Source of the DNA: an uncultured Chloroflexia bacterium | GTDB lineage: Bacteria > Chloroflexota > Limnocylindria > Limnocylindrales > CSP1-4 | DNA length: 64,000 bases | Assembly: GCA_963746845.1 (NCBI GenBank) | Contig: CAVVCZ010000004.1 | Location: 448,001 to 512,000 of the forward strand | Direction: 5' to 3' | Part shown: one piece after another, positions 28,918 through 38,251 of the stretch | Layout: every line of letters begins with the position of its first letter | Position numbering within the stretch: the stretch's first letter is position 1 | Notes under the pieces: model-generated | Seen by the model: the letters and a program-made list of their open reading frames with translations, nothing else | What the model was told of the DNA's origin: nothing | Database searches by the model: none | Made by a program: the position numbers and the translations under genes

Positions 28918-30015
28918 GTGGCCGAGCGCCCGGACGCCCCCCGACCGGATCAGGGCGACCCCACGGACGGACCGTCCGACGTCGACTTTGCCCGGCTGAA
29001 CGGCTGGGACCGCGACTGGGAGGTCTTCACCGACTACGACCTGCCGACCTACGTCGGCCCGACGACGTTCATGAACCTGCCCTGGATCACGGATCCCGCG
29101 GAGCTCCGGGCACGGAACGTGGACGTCGCGATCATCGGCGCCCCGTTCGACGACGCCGTGAGCCACCGGCCCGGCGCCCGGTTCGGCCCCCGGGCGATCC
29201 GCGAGGCCCAGTACACGACCGGCTCGATCCACTCCCTGCAGCTCGGGAACGAGCCGTTCGAGGTCCTCACGGTCGTCGACGCCGGTGACGCGAACATCGT
29301 CCCGTCCTGGATCGAGCGCGCCCACGCGCTGATCCACCGCAAGGTCCGCGAGGTCGCGAGCACCGGGGCGATCCCGATCGTCCTCGGGGGCGACCACTCG
29401 ATCACCTGGCCGAGCGCGACCGCGGTCGCCGAGGTCCGCCGTCCCGGCTCGATCGGGATCGTCCACTTCGACGCCCACGCGGACACGGCCAACGACGACT
29501 GGGGCGTCCTCGCCGGGCACGGGACGCCGATGCGGCGTCTGATCGAGTCCGGAGCGGTCGATGGCCGAAACTTCGTCCAGGTCGGGCTGCGCGGCTACTG
29601 GCCGCCGGTCGAGACGTTCCGCTGGATGCAGGAGCACGGCCTGCGCTACCACTTCATGACCGAGGTCGAGGAGCGCGGAGCCGAGGCCGTCATTGACGAC
29701 GCGATCGCGGAAGCCCTCGATGGCCCGGATTCGATCTATCTCAGCATCGACATCGACGTCGTCGATCCCGGGCTGGCGCCGGGCACGGGAACGCCGGAGC
29801 CGGGTGGCTTCCTCAGCCGCGAGCTGCTCCGGGCGATCCGGCGGATCGTGGGCCGCGTCGAGCTCGCCGGGATGGACATCGTCGAGGTCTCGCCGCCGTA
29901 CGACCACGCGGAGACGACGTCGATGATCGCGAACCGCTGCGCGCTCGAGGCCATCAGCGCGCTCGCGGCCAAGCGACAGGCCGGCGCGTCCGTCCGCTGG
30001 GAGGGGCATGCCTGA
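28918..30015 (+). CDS. speB: Agmatinase-like ureohydrolase
   Basis: RPGARFGPRAIR, GGDHS, DAHAD, HGTP, DIDVVDP..APGTGTPEPGG and EVSPPYD motifs. GGAGGTG RBS before GTG at 28918. The exact substrate is not certain. Confidence 0.8.
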   Translation: MAERPDAPRPDQGDPTDGPSDVDFARLNGWDRDWEVFTDYDLPTYVGPTTFMNLPWITDPAELRARNVDVAIIGAPFDDAVSHRPGARFGPRAIREAQYTTGSIHSLQLGNEPFEVLTVVDAGDANIVPSWIERAHALIHRKVREVASTGAIPIVLGGDHSITWPSATAVAEVRRPGSIGIVHFDAHADTANDDWGVLAGHGTPMRRLIESGAVDGRNFVQVGLRGYWPPVETFRWMQEHGLRYHFMTEVEERGAEAVIDDAIAEALDGPDSIYLSIDIDVVDPGLAPGTGTPEPGGFLSRELLRAIRRIVGRVELAGMDIVEVSPPYDHAETTSMIANRCALEAISALAAKRQAGASVRWEGHA

Positions 30016-30793
30016 GCCGACGGCCGAGGCCCGCGCCCTGGCCCGCCTGTACGACCTCGACCTCCTCGAGGACCCGGGCGACCTCGACCTCTACCTGGCC
30101 CTGGCCCAGCGGACCGGCGGGCCGATCCTCGAGCTCGGGGGAGGCACGGGCCGGCTCGCGGTCCCCCTCGCCGAGGCCGGCCACGACGTGACGCTGGTCG
30201 ACCTGGACCCGGCGATGCTCGAACGGGCCGCCCGCCGCGTCGCGGCGATGCCCGCGACCGGGAGCGGCCGGATCGAGCTCGTCGAGGGGGACCTGCTCGA
30301 CCTCCGGCTCGACGGCGGAGCGACGTTCGCGCTCGCCTTCATCGCCCTGAACACGCTGTTCCTGCTCGCGACGCGCGATCGGCAGCGGACCGCGCTGCGT
30401 CGGCTCGCGGAGCATCTCGCCCCGGGTGGTCTCGCGGTCGTCGACATCTGGCTGCCCGAGACCGACGATCTCGCCCGGTTCGACGGCCGGCTGATCCTCG
30501 AGTACGAGCGGGACGACCCCGAGACGGGTCTCCTCGTCACGAAGGTCGCGGCAGCGCGCCACGACGGGACGAGCGCCATCGTGGATCTGACATCCGTCTT
30601 CGAGGAGGGCCGGCCGGGCGAGCCGACGGTCCGCTGGGTCCGGCGCGACGCGCTCCGGCTCGTCGGCGCCGAGGAGCTGCGGGTGATGGCCGAGGACGCC
30701 GGGCTCACGATCGAGATCGTGGCCGGGAGCTACGACCTCGAGCCGCTCCGGCCGGGCAGCGATCGGGCCATCCTCGTCGCGCGGATGGGCTGA
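30008..30793 (+). CDS. Class I SAM-dependent methyltransferase
   Basis: ILELGGGTGR, VDLDPAML and HLAPGG motifs. Confidence 0.88.
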   Translation: MPEPTAEARALARLYDLDLLEDPGDLDLYLALAQRTGGPILELGGGTGRLAVPLAEAGHDVTLVDLDPAMLERAARRVAAMPATGSGRIELVEGDLLDLRLDGGATFALAFIALNTLFLLATRDRQRTALRRLAEHLAPGGLAVVDIWLPETDDLARFDGRLILEYERDDPETGLLVTKVAAARHDGTSAIVDLTSVFEEGRPGEPTVRWVRRDALRLVGAEELRVMAEDAGLTIEIVAGSYDLEPLRPGSDRAILVARMG

Positions 30794-30895
30794 TGGACAC
30801 CCCGGGACGGGTCCATCTCATCGTCGTGTGGGCCATTTCGCCCGGGACTTCCGGGTCCCATGCCCGGTCCGATCGGCTTGCTACACTCGGCACCG

Positions 30896-32056
30896 ATGCC
30901 ATCCAGTGACCAGACGCGCCTCCTCCTCGTCGAGGATGTTCCCCAGGTGGCGCAGTACATCCGCGGGCTGCTCAACGCCCAGAACAGCGTCAAGCTGCTG
31001 GACGTCCTGAGCGACGGCAGCAAGGTCCTGCCCCAGATCCAGCAGCTGCGGCCGGACATCGTCCTCGTCGACGCCCTGCTCCAGGGCCGGGTGAAGGGCC
31101 TCCAGCTCGCCCATCAGATCGCGGAGTCCGGCCTGGGCGTGCCGTGCATCGTCCTCACGGTGCCCCAGAACCCGGTCGAGGTCGACGCGGCGGCGGGCGT
31201 CCACGGCGTGCTGGCGATGCCGTTCTCCGGGTTCGACCTGATGAACCGGATCGCGTCGGTCCGGAAGGACTTCGCGAAGCTCTCGACGACCGGCTCGTCG
31301 CGGATCTACTCGGTGTTCGCTCCGAAGGGCGGCGTCGGGAAGACGACGATCGCGTTCAACCTCGCGGTCGCCCTGGCCCAGGCCGACCAGCGGACGGTCC
31401 TGATCGACGGCAGCCTCCAGTTCGGCGACCTGCGCGCGCTCCTGAAGGTCCCGAACGACGCGCCGTCCATCCTCGACCTGCCGACCGACCGAGTCCAGGA
31501 GTCGGACCTCGCCGACGTCCTGTGGCGCGACCCGTCGGGGATCGACATCCTGCTCGCCCCACCGCGCGTCGAGATGGCCGAGATGGTCACTCCGCGGGAC
31601 ATCGACAAGATCATGTCGCTGCTCCGCCGGGTTTACGGCTCGATCGTGATCGACATGTCGTCCGCGCTGAACGACATCAACCTCGCGTTCCTGGACCTGT
31701 CGGACACGATCGTCGAGATCGTCACCTACGACTCCACGACGATCCACAACACGATGGCCGTCGCCGATGCGTTCCGGATGATCGGCTACCCCGCGTCCAA
31801 GGTCCGCTACCTCGTCAATCGGTCCGACTCGTCGGGCGGGATCGAGCCGGGCGACCTCGAGGCCGCGCTTGGGCGCGTCCCGGAGCACCGCGTCGTCAGT
31901 GACGGGATGCTGGTGGTCACGTCGAACAACGAGGGCGTCCCGTTCGTGCTCGCCGACCCGTCCGCGCCGATCAGCGTCGACGTCAACCGGGTCGCCGGGG
32001 AGCTCCTGACCGCGAGCGGGATCGTCAGACCGGCGGCGACGGCCGGTCGGCGCTAG
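30896..32056 (+). CDS. Receiver domain plus MinD/ParA-type ATPase (CpaE/TadZ-like)
   Basis: LLLVED..PDIVLVD receiver domain, deviant Walker A PKGGVGKTT, IDGSLQFGD, LVNR and NEGVPFV motifs. Confidence 0.85.
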   Translation: MPSSDQTRLLLVEDVPQVAQYIRGLLNAQNSVKLLDVLSDGSKVLPQIQQLRPDIVLVDALLQGRVKGLQLAHQIAESGLGVPCIVLTVPQNPVEVDAAAGVHGVLAMPFSGFDLMNRIASVRKDFAKLSTTGSSRIYSVFAPKGGVGKTTIAFNLAVALAQADQRTVLIDGSLQFGDLRALLKVPNDAPSILDLPTDRVQESDLADVLWRDPSGIDILLAPPRVEMAEMVTPRDIDKIMSLLRRVYGSIVIDMSSALNDINLAFLDLSDTIVEIVTYDSTTIHNTMAVADAFRMIGYPASKVRYLVNRSDSSGGIEPGDLEAALGRVPEHRVVSDGMLVVTSNNEGVPFVLADPSAPISVDVNRVAGELLTASGIVRPAATAGRR

Positions 32057-32065
32057 CGGGCGAGT

Positions 32066-32959
32066 GTGACGGATCCGCGGCCGATCGGGGTCTTCGACTC
32101 GGGCGTCGGCGGGCTCACCGTCCTCCGCGAGATCCTTCGGCGGACCCCGAACGAGTCCACGATCTACCTGGGTGACAACCTCCGCGCGCCCTACGGCGTG
32201 CGCCCGGACGACGAGGTTCGCTCGTTCTCGATCGAGGCCCTCGACGAGCTGGCGGCCCGGGACGTCAAGGCGATCGTCGTGGCCTGCAACACCTCGACGG
32301 CGGTCGCGCTCGGCGATTTCCGGCGGCGGTACGACCTGCCGATCCTCGGCGTCGTCCGCCCCGGGGCGGTGACGGCGGCACTGACGACACGGAACCGGCG
32401 AGTCGGGGTCATCGCGACCCCGGCGACGGTCCGCTCGCACGCCTACTTCAACGCGATCAAGGACGAGAACCCCGCGGTCGAGGTGTACGAGCACGCCACG
32501 CCCGCGTTCGTGCCCCTGGTCGAGGCAGGCCGGCTCGGGGGCGAGGTCGTCGAGCGCATCGTCACCGAATCCCTCGCGGCGCTCCTCGGCGAGCGCGACG
32601 CGGCCGGGGAGTTCGTGTTCCCGCTCCCGCCCTCGGCGCGGATCGACACGCTGCTCCTCGGGTGCACCCACTATCCGCTGCTCAGCGAGGTGATCTCGGG
32701 CGTCGCCGGCGAGGGCGTCGCGATCGTGGACTCCGCGACGGCGACGGCGTCAGCGCTCGTCGAGCTGCTGGCGATCAACGGCCTCGAGGCACCCGAGCCG
32801 GGGCCCGGCAGTGCGACCGGCGGCGGCGCGAACGTCGCCCCCGCGCATGTCCAGCTGACCACCGGCGACGTCGACGCGTTCCGGGTCGTGGCCGAACGGA
32901 TCTTCGGCGAGGCGTTCCCGGATGTGGCGTCCGTGGACGTCGCTGCGGTGCCCTCGTGA
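32066..32959 (+). CDS. murI: Glutamate racemase
   Basis: IGVFDSGVGGLTV, PYG, ACNTS and LGCTHYP (both catalytic Cys). Confidence 0.96.
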   Translation: MTDPRPIGVFDSGVGGLTVLREILRRTPNESTIYLGDNLRAPYGVRPDDEVRSFSIEALDELAARDVKAIVVACNTSTAVALGDFRRRYDLPILGVVRPGAVTAALTTRNRRVGVIATPATVRSHAYFNAIKDENPAVEVYEHATPAFVPLVEAGRLGGEVVERIVTESLAALLGERDAAGEFVFPLPPSARIDTLLLGCTHYPLLSEVISGVAGEGVAIVDSATATASALVELLAINGLEAPEPGPGSATGGGANVAPAHVQLTTGDVDAFRVVAERIFGEAFPDVASVDVAAVPS

Positions 32960-33021
32960 CGGCCCGTGCGTGACGGCTCAGCCGGGATGCCGCGCGTCAC
33001 TCGACGCCGGGACGTGACAGG

Positions 33022-34254
33022 ATGTCCGTCATGAGCCAGAACCAGCGATCCACCGGTTCCGCCCGTCCGGCCTGGCGCGACGACCGCGTCTGGCAGGCCG
33101 GGTTCCTCGTCGGCTCGGCGCTCGGTGCCGCGGCAACGGTGATCGGCCGGCGCGCCGAGCAGGCGGCCCGACAGGGCCTCGTCGACTGGCCCGCGGCCGA
33201 ACGCGTCGCGATCGGGCGCCTGCGGGCCACCCCCGGCACGCTGGCCCCGGCGGAGCTCCGCGCGACCGAGCCGTTGTACGCCGACGCCATGGGGCGGATC
33301 GTTCCGCGGCTCTCGGCCGCGCTGGGGACAGAGCTGCCGGGCGTGGTGGAACGATCGGCGGTCGTCGACCGGGCGGGCTGGGTCCACGCGAACATCGCCA
33401 CCTTCGCCCAGCTGATCGGCCAGCTCGAGACCGAGCTGCTCGATCAGGTGATGCCGGCCGGCGGCGGGCTCGCGAAGGCGACCATGGCCCTCGCCAACCG
33501 ATGGGTGACGACCCGCCAGCTGGGCTACCTGCTCGGCTTCATGGGCTCGAAGGTCCTCGGCCAGTACGACCTCGCCCTGCTGACCGCCGAGGCGACGCCC
33601 GGCAAGCTGCTCTTCGTCGAAGAGAACATCCGCCAGACCGCGAAGGTCCTCGACGTCCCGCTCGAGCCGTTCCGGACGTGGATCGCGTTGCACGAGACGA
33701 CCCACGCGTTCGAGTTCGAGGCCCATCCGTGGCTCCGCCCGTACCTCGCCGAGCGCCTGGAGCGGCAGCTTCGGCTGTTCGGCAAGGAGGCGAGCGGGCT
33801 CGGTCGCGAGGCGCTCCGGAGCCTGGGTCGCGCGATCCGCGGCGACAGTGACGGCGCCGAGCACTGGCTCGAGCGGCTGATGACGGACGAGCAGCGGACC
33901 CTCTTCCGCGAGACCCAGGCCGTGATGAGCCTGCTCGAGGGGTTCAGCGACTACGTGATGGACGAGGTCGGGCGTGACCTCGTGCCCGGGGTCGAACGGA
34001 TCAGCGCGAAGTTCCACGAGCGTCGCCAGGCGCGCAAGTCGCCGTTCGAGCGGGCGGTGATGCGGCTGACCGGCATGGACGTGAAGATGGAGCAGTACCG
34101 GAAGGGCGAGCAGTTCGTGTCGGCCATCGCCGCCGCGGGCGGTCCGCCCGCGTTGAACCTCCTGTGGTCCGGTCCCGACGCCCTGCCACGCCACGGCGAG
34201 ATCGACGACCCGGCTGCCTGGCTGCGACGGATGGGAGCCGCGGCGAGCGCGTGA
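33022..34254 (+). CDS. Zinc-dependent metalloprotease (zincin-like)
   Basis: VLGQYD, WIALHETTH (HExxH), MSLLEGFSDYVMD and K..QY..GE.F motifs. Alternative start at 33031. Confidence 0.85.
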   Translation: MSVMSQNQRSTGSARPAWRDDRVWQAGFLVGSALGAAATVIGRRAEQAARQGLVDWPAAERVAIGRLRATPGTLAPAELRATEPLYADAMGRIVPRLSAALGTELPGVVERSAVVDRAGWVHANIATFAQLIGQLETELLDQVMPAGGGLAKATMALANRWVTTRQLGYLLGFMGSKVLGQYDLALLTAEATPGKLLFVEENIRQTAKVLDVPLEPFRTWIALHETTHAFEFEAHPWLRPYLAERLERQLRLFGKEASGLGREALRSLGRAIRGDSDGAEHWLERLMTDEQRTLFRETQAVMSLLEGFSDYVMDEVGRDLVPGVERISAKFHERRQARKSPFERAVMRLTGMDVKMEQYRKGEQFVSAIAAAGGPPALNLLWSGPDALPRHGEIDDPAAWLRRMGAAASA

Positions 34255-35318
34255 CGACCGGTCAGCTCCGCCAGACCGCGGGACCCGGCTCCGGGGTCGG
34301 CGGCGCCCCACTGGCGATCGCGCTCTCGCCAATCCTGTCGGCGCGCTATCGGGCCCAGGACCTCGAACGGATCCGCGCGGCCGCGCCCGGTGCGCGGATC
34401 GTGACCTTGTCGCGCGAGGGCCTGACCGACGAGCCGGTCGACGACGTCGAGGTCCTCCTCCGCGGCTGGCTGTCCTCGGACGCATTCGACCGGCTGCTGG
34501 CCCGGGCGCCGCGCCTGACCTGGGTCCATTCGGCCTCGGCCGGGGTCGAGCGGGCGCTCACGCCCGCTGCCCGCGAGCGCGACCTTGTGATCACGAATGC
34601 CCGCGGCGTGTTCTCGCGGCCGATCGCCGAGTACGTCCTGATGATGATCCTGGCCGTCAGCCGACGGCTTCCCGGTCTCCTGGAGCTTCAGCGCGAGCGG
34701 ACGTGGCAGCCGCTCGAGGGAGTCGAGCTGCGCGACGTGACGGTCGGCATCGTGGGCCTGGGGTCGATCGGCCGAGCGGTCGGGGCGCTGGCGACCGCGT
34801 TCGGCTGCCGGGTGGTGGCGGTTCGGCGGCGGTCCGACGAAGGAGCCGCGGCATCCGTCGCTGACGGCGAGCCCCGCGCGTTCGGCGAGGTGATGCTGGA
34901 CCGGGTCGGTGGACCCGAGCTCCTGCCGGAGCTGCTCGGCGAGTCCGACTTCGTCGTCCTCGCGGCGCCCTTGACGGCGGCGACCCAGAACATGATCGAT
35001 GCGACCGCCCTCGCCTCGATGAAGCCGGGCGCCTGGCTGATCAACATCGCCCGCGGCGCGCTCATCGACGATCGGGCGCTGCTCAACGCCTTGCGCGACG
35101 GCCAGATCGGCGGCGCCGTCCTGGACACCTTCCGCGACGAGCCGCTTCCGCCGACGTCGCCGTTCTACGATCTGCCGAACGTGATCGTGACGCCCCACAC
35201 GTCGTGGTCGAGTGGTCGTGTGCTGGACCGCAGCGTCGAGCTGTTCTGCGACAACCTCCGCCGGTTCGCGACCGGCGAACCGCTGCTGAACGTCGTCGAT
35301 CCGACCGCGGGGTACTGA
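34251..35318 (+). CDS. D-2-hydroxyacid dehydrogenase
   Basis: SAGVE, GIVGLGSIG, INIARG, LDTF..EPLP and TPHTSW motifs. GTG overlaps the previous stop. Confidence 0.9.
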   Translation: MTTGQLRQTAGPGSGVGGAPLAIALSPILSARYRAQDLERIRAAAPGARIVTLSREGLTDEPVDDVEVLLRGWLSSDAFDRLLARAPRLTWVHSASAGVERALTPAARERDLVITNARGVFSRPIAEYVLMMILAVSRRLPGLLELQRERTWQPLEGVELRDVTVGIVGLGSIGRAVGALATAFGCRVVAVRRRSDEGAAASVADGEPRAFGEVMLDRVGGPELLPELLGESDFVVLAAPLTAATQNMIDATALASMKPGAWLINIARGALIDDRALLNALRDGQIGGAVLDTFRDEPLPPTSPFYDLPNVIVTPHTSWSSGRVLDRSVELFCDNLRRFATGEPLLNVVDPTAGY

Positions 35319-35422
35319 CCGGGCGACCTGCGGTTCGCGACCACGTCTCGGCCTCGTCGCTGTCCCGTCGGATCGTCCGATTGCGCACGCCGCCGGAAAC
35401 CACTCCCCGTCCTCGCCGGTCC

Positions 35423-35503
35423 GTCCGAGTTCGGAGTCCGGAAACGGACAATCGGGTCTCGGGCGTTCCGCCGTTCGGTCCGACCTCGGAGTCCGATGTC
35501 GGA
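35423..35503. repeat. Three copies of the palindrome gTCCGA-NN-TCGGA in an intergenic region
   Basis: TCCGAgtTCGGA at 35424-35435, TCCGAccTCGGA at 35479-35490 and TCCGAtgTCGGA at 35492-35503. Confidence 0.7.
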
Positions 35504-35625
35504 TGATCCGTCGGAGAACCAGGGTAATCTCGCGCGGCGTTCGATCTCGGACCATCGGAACGGCGAGCGGGCCGCGGAGGCTCCCACAACCGCCGGACCG
35601 CCGGGGAGACCGGTAGGATCGCTCG

Positions 35626-36729
35626 ATGCAGATCGCGATCGTCGGGCTGGCCGGGGCGGGCAAGACCACCGTCTTCAACACGCTGACCCGGGGCCATGCC
35701 GACACCGGGGGCTTCGGCGGGATGGAACTCCACGTCGGCGTCGTCAAGGTCCCCGATGAGCGCCTCGACCGGCTCGCCGCGATCTTCAAGCCGAAGAAGA
35801 TCGTCCAGGCGGACGTCACGTACGTCGACCTGCCCGCGCCGCCCGCGTCGACGGAGGGTCACGTCGGGACGGAGGACCTGCCCGCGGAGCACCTCGCGCG
35901 GCTGCGGGACTCGGATGCGCTCCTCCACGTCGTCCGCGCGTTCGAGGATCCGTCGAACCCGCACCCGGAGGGCTCGGTCGACCCGGCCCGCGACCTCGAC
36001 CGGCTGGACACCGAGTTCCTCCTCGCCGACCTGGCCCTCGTCGATCGCCGGCTCGAGCGGCTGAAGACGTCCGGCCGCCACGGCACGCCCGCCGAGCGGG
36101 AGTCGAACGAGCGCGAGGAGGCCGTCCTCGTCCGTCTCGACGCCTCGCTCCAGGCGGGCTCGCCGATCCGGGACGTCGCCCTCGAGCCGGAGGAGGAGAA
36201 GGCGATCCGCGGCTTCCGGTTCCTGACCCAGAAGCCCGTGCTCGTTCTCCTGAACATCGGCGAGGGCGAGATCGCCGCGGCCCCGACCCGGGTCGCGACG
36301 CTCGCGGCCGACTACGGGCACGACAGCACGCTCGTCGATGCGCTGTCCGCCCGGATCGAGATGGAGCTCGGCGAGCTGGAGCCGGACGAGGCCGCGGTGT
36401 TCTCGGAGGAGCTCGGGATCGCGGAGTCCGGCCTCGACCGGGTGATCGCCCTCAGCTACCGCCTGCTCGGGCTGATCTCGTTCCTGACCGCCGGCCCGGA
36501 CGAGGTCCGCGCCTGGCCGATCCGCGACGGCTCCAACGCCGTCGACGCCGCGGGTGCCATCCACACGGATCTCGCGAAGGGCTTCATCCGGGCGGAGACG
36601 GTCGCGTACGACGACCTGCTCACGCTCGGTTCGATGGCCGAGGCGAAGAAGGCCGGCAAGCTCCGCTCGGAGGGAAAGACCTACCGGGTCCGTGACGGCG
36701 ACGTCGTCGAGATCCTGTTCAGCCGGTAG
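35626..36729 (+). CDS. ychF: Redox-regulated ribosome-binding ATPase YchF
   Basis: IVGL...GKTTVFN.LT, VPDERLDRL, HVVRAF, LTQKP, AAGAIHTDLAKGFIRAE and EGKTY.V.DGDV (TGS domain). Confidence 0.92.
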   Translation: MQIAIVGLAGAGKTTVFNTLTRGHADTGGFGGMELHVGVVKVPDERLDRLAAIFKPKKIVQADVTYVDLPAPPASTEGHVGTEDLPAEHLARLRDSDALLHVVRAFEDPSNPHPEGSVDPARDLDRLDTEFLLADLALVDRRLERLKTSGRHGTPAERESNEREEAVLVRLDASLQAGSPIRDVALEPEEEKAIRGFRFLTQKPVLVLLNIGEGEIAAAPTRVATLAADYGHDSTLVDALSARIEMELGELEPDEAAVFSEELGIAESGLDRVIALSYRLLGLISFLTAGPDEVRAWPIRDGSNAVDAAGAIHTDLAKGFIRAETVAYDDLLTLGSMAEAKKAGKLRSEGKTYRVRDGDVVEILFSR

Positions 36730-36741
36730 GCCCGCAGGCAG

Positions 36742-36762
36742 GCCATCCGAGTTGCGGATGGC
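36742..36762. terminator. Stem-loop between convergent genes
   Basis: GCCATCCG-agttg-CGGATGGC. Confidence 0.5.
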
Positions 36763-36789
36763 ACACTGCCACCGCGGCGAGCAGGGCGG

Positions 36790-37158
36790 TCAGTTCGTGC
36801 GGCCGCCCTCGCCGTCGGGGTCGAACTCCGCGACCACCGACCGGAAGTCGGCGTCCCGCTCGTCGTCGAAGTCGTCGTCCTCCGGGCCGATGTCCGCGAG
36901 GAAGTTCTCGCTCTCCACGGTCGAGACGTTGACCGCGGCGGAGAGCCGCTCGTCCGAGATGAAGATGAAGCCATGCTCGCGTTCGAGCTCGACGGCGATC
37001 GCCTCGATCAGCGTATCGTCCTCGTAGGACTCCTGGATGCGCCGGCGGATCTGCTGGACGAGCTCGAAGAAGTCGTCCGGATCCATCTCGTCGTCGCGCG
37101 CGAGAAGGACGTCGGAAAAGACCTCTTCGTCGCCCTCGTGCAGTTCGTAGAAGTTCAA
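36790..37158 (-). CDS. Hypothetical, very acidic small protein
   Basis: TTG at 37158 preceded by GGAG; 122 aa reading NFYELHEGDEEVFSDVLL...IEAIAVELEREHGF..., with GC-typical codon usage. Confidence 0.7.
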   Translation of the reverse strand: MNFYELHEGDEEVFSDVLLARDDEMDPDDFFELVQQIRRRIQESYEDDTLIEAIAVELEREHGFIFISDERLSAAVNVSTVESENFLADIGPEDDDFDDERDADFRSVVAEFDPDGEGGRTN

Positions 37159-37255
37159 ACGCCGGCTCCGGTCGGGGGAGGGATGGGATGGACGGTCAGT
37201 ATCGCATGCAGCCTCCCGCCCCTGACATGACGCTCTCCGACGAACCGACGCCCGG

Positions 37256-38248
37256 ATGACGGAGCCCGCCGGGACCCCGACCGTCGTCGTCGTCGGAGCC
37301 GCGGCACGGGACCTCGTCGGCGACGATCCACGCGGGTGGCGGCTCGGGGGCGGGGTCTCGTACTCCGCGCTGACGACGGCCAATCTCGGTCTGGCGACCG
37401 GCGCCGTGATCGGCGTCGACGACGAGGCGGCGTCGTCCGCCGAGATCGAGATGCTCCGGGAGGCCGGCGTCGACGTCCGGCTCGTGCGGCTGGACCGCGG
37501 CCCGGTCTTCGTGAACATCGAGCGGCCGGAGGGCCGCCTCCAGCTGTGCGAGGAACGGTCCGATCCCGTCCCGGTCGAGTCCGTCCCGGCGGCCTGGCGC
37601 GACGCGCCTGGCTGGATCCTCGCGCCGGTCGCGGCCGAGCTGCCGCCGGACTGGGCAGACCTGCCGCCTCCCGGCGCGTACGTCGCGCTCGGCTGGCAGG
37701 GGCTGCTCCGCGAGCTCGTTCCGGGCGAGCCGACGCATCACGTCGAGCCGCATCGCGATCCGATCGTCCTGCGAGCGAACCTCGTCGGTCTGTCCCGGGA
37801 CGACGTCGAGCGCGACACCACCCTGGCCGACCTCTATCGGATGGTCGGGCACGGCAACCTGCTGGCCGTCACCCACGGCGACCAGGGTGGGCTGATCGTC
37901 CACGGGACGCATCGCGACGAGCATGGCGAGAGCGTCCTCGAGCTCCGCCACTACCCGTCGATCCTGAGTCACGCCCCGGTCGACCCGACCGGTGCGGGCG
38001 ACGTGTTCCTCGCCGCCCTCGCCGCGGCCCGGATCGAGCCACGGCTCGTCGGGGGCCGGATCGCCCAGGGCCTCGACCTGCTGCTGGCCGCGGCAGCCGC
38101 GTCGCTCGTTCTCGAGGGCCCGGGGCTGCACGGCGTCCCGACCCGAACCGCGGTTCGCGGGCGGATGGCGGACGGGCTGGGGCGGGCGGTGGCGGCGCCC
38201 GCGATCATGGCGGCTCCCCCCACGAACGGAGCCGGCCCGGCCGACTGA
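37256..38248 (+). CDS. PfkB/ribokinase-family carbohydrate kinase
   Basis: N-terminal LGGGVSY, VTHGDQG and the C-terminal signature VDPTGAGDVF. Confidence 0.85.
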   Translation: MTEPAGTPTVVVVGAAARDLVGDDPRGWRLGGGVSYSALTTANLGLATGAVIGVDDEAASSAEIEMLREAGVDVRLVRLDRGPVFVNIERPEGRLQLCEERSDPVPVESVPAAWRDAPGWILAPVAAELPPDWADLPPPGAYVALGWQGLLRELVPGEPTHHVEPHRDPIVLRANLVGLSRDDVERDTTLADLYRMVGHGNLLAVTHGDQGGLIVHGTHRDEHGESVLELRHYPSILSHAPVDPTGAGDVFLAALAAARIEPRLVGGRIAQGLDLLLAAAAASLVLEGPGLHGVPTRTAVRGRMADGLGRAVAAPAIMAAPPTNGAGPAD

Positions 38249-38251
38249 GCG

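Noticed and set aside
33014-33032. Fourth TGACA-N7-TGTCA copy (GTGACAggatgtcCGTCAT)
   Set aside because: The right arm is mismatched, it overlaps the start codons and the gene is not repair-related.
37256-38248. PfkB kinase as IolC
   Set aside because: It lies outside the operon, convergent to it, and lacks recognisable IolC N-terminal features. Not fully excluded, so it is kept as the alternative explanation in the top finding.
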